A stretch of 64,000 bases of DNA, from positions 27,466,001 through 27,530,000 of the forward strand of contig OX597817.1 of NCBI GenBank assembly GCA_951406725.2, written 5' to 3'. The notes under the pieces were generated by a model. The model was not told where the DNA came from, ran no database searches, and worked only from the letters and a program-made list of their open reading frames with translations. The position numbers and the translations under genes are program-made. Below, in pieces: positions 58,451 to 64,000 of this stretch (its first letter is position 1; each line of letters begins with the position of its first letter). The DNA comes from Octopus vulgaris (lineage: Eukaryota).

Positions 58451-58775
58451 TATATATATATATATATAAATACATTAATTTTATGTATTTTCCTTCATCA
58501 TATTTTTCACTGCATCTCCCCACATGGAGGAACAGTTCTTTCCAACATAGATATTTTATCGGTTCTCCAACGCTTGTCCGAATGAAACATCAAGAATCTG
58601 ATAACAAAAGAAGCAAAAAATTTAACACCAGTACTTACCGGGTATTCGTCAGCTGAATCTATCGGACCTACTTCAAATAAAGTGCCTTGTTCAAGGAATC
58701 AAACCCATGACGTGATGATCATGAATCCGACACACTAACCTCTAGGGATTGTGGTCGAACCCAGGCGGACTGTTA

Positions 58776-60334
<1,559 letters not shown>

Positions 60335-60859
60335 TATTCTTATAAAAGTAGGTTCATTTTCATATTAATAATATTAATAATCGCTAGGTAAAATTACCGG
60401 AACAGCTACCTGATATTAAATTTTCTCCAATTCATTGCGGGTTCAATGTATTGCAACAAGTGGAATTTCGAAAACTCTTCTGTTTTTAAGATTTTTTGAA
60501 AATATATAAAAAAAAACTATGGATATTCAGAGATGTCTTTTCAGTCATATTTACAATCACAAACTTCTTATTACCCCTGTGTTCTTCAAGGGTATTTTGA
60601 AGTAGAAATGAAAAATATCGAAAATTGACTTCCTTTTTATTTCAGAATCGATAAATGAACTCCAATTTGTCTAGTGAATAATGTAGACTATTTCTTTTAA
60701 CTAACACCGCTCACTATACTGTCGATATATCTTACTCAACCTGACTTCTCTTTTTCTATGTCTGCCTTTCATTCATTTTCTCCTTGCGACATTGCTTAAC
60801 ACTTTTCAATTCATTCTACGTTTACATATTTTGTTTACTTGTTGTTCATGCCCCTGTTA

Positions 60860-61680
60860 CAATGTTATAAGTTTAACACTTACAGGGTAAATATGACCAG
60901 GAAGAAGATAACAGAAGTCCGATGTTCTGGAGAGAGGAAAGATAGGGCAGAAGGGCTGATGAGGGTTTATGCTGTTGAACACTGCATCTTTGATGCGAAG
61001 AAGAGAGATGATTGGTTCATAAGCTCTTGAGTGAAGGAAATTCAAGATCGGTCAACTCCAAGGAAAGAGGCTATTGTATAAATAATATTGATAGAAAACA
61101 CATGAAAAGAATACATCTGTGGGATAGAGACTGGAGTAGGTCTGTGAGTGATCTAGCAACAATTAGTCCTTATCTGGATTTTGTCCAGGATATATGTGTG
61201 CATAACAGTAATAAATCTCTAGTTTAAAGGGCAGTTCACTGTTCCGGAGTTTTATAAAGTGTCATCAACTGAGCTTTACAAAGTGTTGCCTACTATTGGA
61301 GGTTGAAATATTTTCTGGCACTGAATATAATGATCTGTTTTCGGGGCGCAATCTGCGTTATGTAAAGGAGATGTTTTTCGCCAGGCGAAGAAAGTGAAGT
61401 CCTACAAATGGAAAGATCTATTGAAAAGAAATTGAAAAAACTGCTTGCCTCAGATCCGATCATAGTTAGAACAGTGTGTATTCTTGATAAAAGTAGTGCG
61501 TAAATACTTCTACTGTTAAAAAAGATTGGTAACGCCCTACTGGAGGATGCTACAGTGGTTACCATTCTTGGTATCAGTAACTCTTTGACTTGTAGTTTTG
61601 TGTGAATCACGAGTGTTTGTAGAAGGTTAAAGTGGAATTAAGCGTGACTTCATCTGCATTTTGGATGAGGCGTCAATTAG
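60860..61680 (-). mobile_element. Decayed PLE C-terminal region (RT thumb/linker to GIY-YIG endonuclease)
   Basis: Minus-strand traces RRLIQNADEVTLN, IHTKLQVKELL...RALP and ..QSLSHRCILF..SILFI (cf. FxCxSxNxIYxIxC); pyrimidine-rich composition typical of these elements. Confidence 0.45.
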
Positions 61681-62523
61681 AATATATATGTGCATGTGTG
61701 TACGCCTGTGTGTGAAAGAGATAGATATAGATAGATAGATATCTAGATAGAGAAGATAGATAGATTTATTACCTTATCTTATTTACTCTATCAATGTTTA
61801 TTACATTTCAACGTTCGTATTTAATAGTTGTACATCTATTTTTTCTTCTGCTTCACCAAACATGACAAAATTACTGCTTTTATTTGCTTTCTATTCCTGA
61901 GTTTCCAATATTTAAAATAATGTACACGCCCACATCACATTGTTTTCTTACTTTGTGTTTATCTCTACATATATGCCCTCTTAGCTAATTAATACAATTT
62001 AAATAGGAAACATCAAATCTTGGAATTTCTAAACTTCGTTTTGACTAACTGCATAACTCTTATATATGTAATCCATAAGAATATTTCCAGTCTTCCTGAA
62101 AGCAGTAATGCTGTGTACTTATGGGAAAACGAAAATCACATTTAGCTGTTGAGTACATTATCAGTTAACACGTCTCACTTGCGTAGATTTAGAAAGAAAT
62201 TAGATTCGTAAAGTCAAGATGTAAAGCTCTTCGAACAAATACACTAAAGTATAGCGGAGGCTACGCGTTAAAGGGAATCGTTAATTAAATCAGCCCCAGC
62301 ACGTCTTTTAAGTGTTGTATTTATTTTATATGTATGATCGAATTCCGCATTTTGTCGCCTACTAAATGTAATTAAAAGGATTTGACAAACTGAGTTACAG
62401 CAGAAGATGCAGTGAGACTTATTCTAGAATTATATAATTATATATATATATATATATATATATAGCTGAAGGTGACCCGCTCTACGCGCGGGTAAGTGTG
62501 TGGTTGTTACTTTCTGTTGCTTC

Positions 62524-62822
62524 CTTTCAGCACGTAAAAAGCACCATCCGAACGTGGGCGATTGCAGCGCCGCCTTGACTTGCTTCTATGCCGGTGGCAC
62601 GTAAAAAGCACCAACCGATTGTTGCCGCTGCGAGCCCCCCTGGCACCTGTGCACCCACTACACTCACAGATTGGTTGGCGTTAGGAAGTTGATCCACCTG
62701 TAGAAACACTGCCAGATCAGACTGGAGCCTGGTGCAGCCTCCTGGCTTCCCAGACCCCGGTCACACTGTCCAACCCGTGCTAGCACGGAAAACGGACGTT
62801 AAACGATGATGATGATGATGAT
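62524..62822 (+). mobile_element. SINE/RTE-type 3' segment with a (GAT)n tail
   Basis: Internal repeat GCACGTAAAAAGCACCA x2; GC-rich body; 3' end GTCCAACCCGTGCTAGCACGGAAAACGGACGTTAAAC followed by (GAT)n. Confidence 0.75.
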
Positions 62823-63137
62823 TCTCCGTCTTTGTTTCTCTCTCCTTGCTCTCTCACTTTCCCACTCTCTTACGTTTCTTTTCTCTCGGACTCTCCCTCG
62901 CTTTCTCTTACTCTCTATCTTTATCTATCTCTCTCCCATTTATAAACAACAGAAGATCTTGAGTAAGTTGAGAAATAAAATATTTAGAAAGATCAATCAT
63001 AAATATTAGGCAGTGGCAACGGAAAGGTCTGCTTCAAAGCAGACAGAAAAACGCTAACATTTAAAAGGGACAGACGAACTTGCGAGCTGAATAAAAATAA
63101 TAAAATATTGGAAAGCAAAGTTTGAAGGGATAGAATC

Positions 63138-63390
63138 TGAGGATAGTAGAGTCACCATGACTGGCATTTCTTAACGACGGACAACAACGTATTGACAGTT
63201 TAACGGCTGGCGTAAAATTTTGAACTTGATGTAAAAGAAAATTCGTAAACACCAAGTTTTGAAGTGATTCTTTCTCACGACAGTAGACTCACGATGGCAA
63301 GCATTCAAAACTTCTTTATCATGGACGGCAACACATTGACGATTAAAAGGCTGGCGCAAATTTTTTAGCTTGATGTAACAGAGAATTTTG
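63138..63390. repeat. Diverged ~140-bp direct tandem duplication
   Basis: AGTAGAGTCAC...GGCTGGCGTAAAATTTTGAACTTGATGTAAAAGAAAATT versus AGTAGACTCAC...GGCTGGCGCAAATTTTTTAGCTTGATGTAACAGAGAATT. Confidence 0.75.
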
Positions 63391-64000
63391 TCCTAGAGGT
63401 GACGCCTTTCATTTAAGGAAAAAAATAGTTGACATGCAAACTTGCCAGCACTTTTAACATAGGTGTGCATATTTTCAGCTGAATCGACCGACTACGTAAT
63501 GCACACATTATATATATATATATGTATATATATATATGTGTGTGTGTGTGTGTGCACGCATTATATATACAAATGTATACAAATGAGATATATATCAGTA
63601 TAAATTAAATTAGAGATAAAACCACTAATAGGCAAATTAAAAAGTGAAAAACCAAAAACAAAAACATAAAAAAAAAATAATATAGAAAATATATAAAATA
63701 TAAAATTGAAAAATTTAAATTATTTAAATTGAAAATAAAAATTATTAAATTATATTTATAATTTGTTTAAAAATATATATAACTATGAAAAAGTATGAAA
63801 AAGTTTAATATACATAAATACAGATATATACACTTTGTATATATATACTATACATACATATTTATATATAGAACACACACACGCACATACATTATATATA
63901 CATATTTATATATAGAACACACACACACACACACACACATACATAATATATACATATTTATATATAGAACACACACACATATAAAGGAACGCAAGAATAT

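Noticed and set aside
62463-62496. Hairpin ACCCGC...GCGGGT resembling a Helitron 3' end
   Set aside because: The terminal CTAG is not intact and no matching 5' end was found.
63850-63985. Repeat-spacer-like pattern ATACATATTTATATATAGAACACAC x3
   Set aside because: A microsatellite-derived minisatellite in eukaryotic DNA with low-complexity spacers and no cas genes; not CRISPR.

Overview
AT-rich, microsatellite-dense, eukaryotic intergenic or intronic DNA. The SINE and repeat content resembles an Octopus (coleoid cephalopod) genome; this is inferred from recognising the repeat families, not from a search. I found no intact cellular protein-coding gene, rRNA or true tRNA. Nearly all listed ORFs are microsatellite or SINE artefacts, and the only real protein similarity is to decayed transposon proteins. 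The window contains: tRNA-derived SINEs (three young copies with clear TSDs); Penelope-like element (PLE) RT and GIY-YIG remnants; R4/Dong-like, CR1-like and Jockey/Daphne-like LINE fragments; Tc1/mariner fossils; and several non-autonomous Helitrons (5'-TC ... hairpin-CTAG-3'). The most notable signal is a set of short non-coding elements inserted in (TA)n tracts that carry minimal type-I hammerhead ribozyme motifs and long fold-back inverted repeats. These include a 559-bp unit with a terminal direct repeat and one hammerhead (26865-27626), and a perfect 128-bp palindrome encoding a hammerhead on each strand (33394-33521). They look like PLE pseudo-LTR or retrozyme-like elements, possibly reverse-transcribed from circular RNA.
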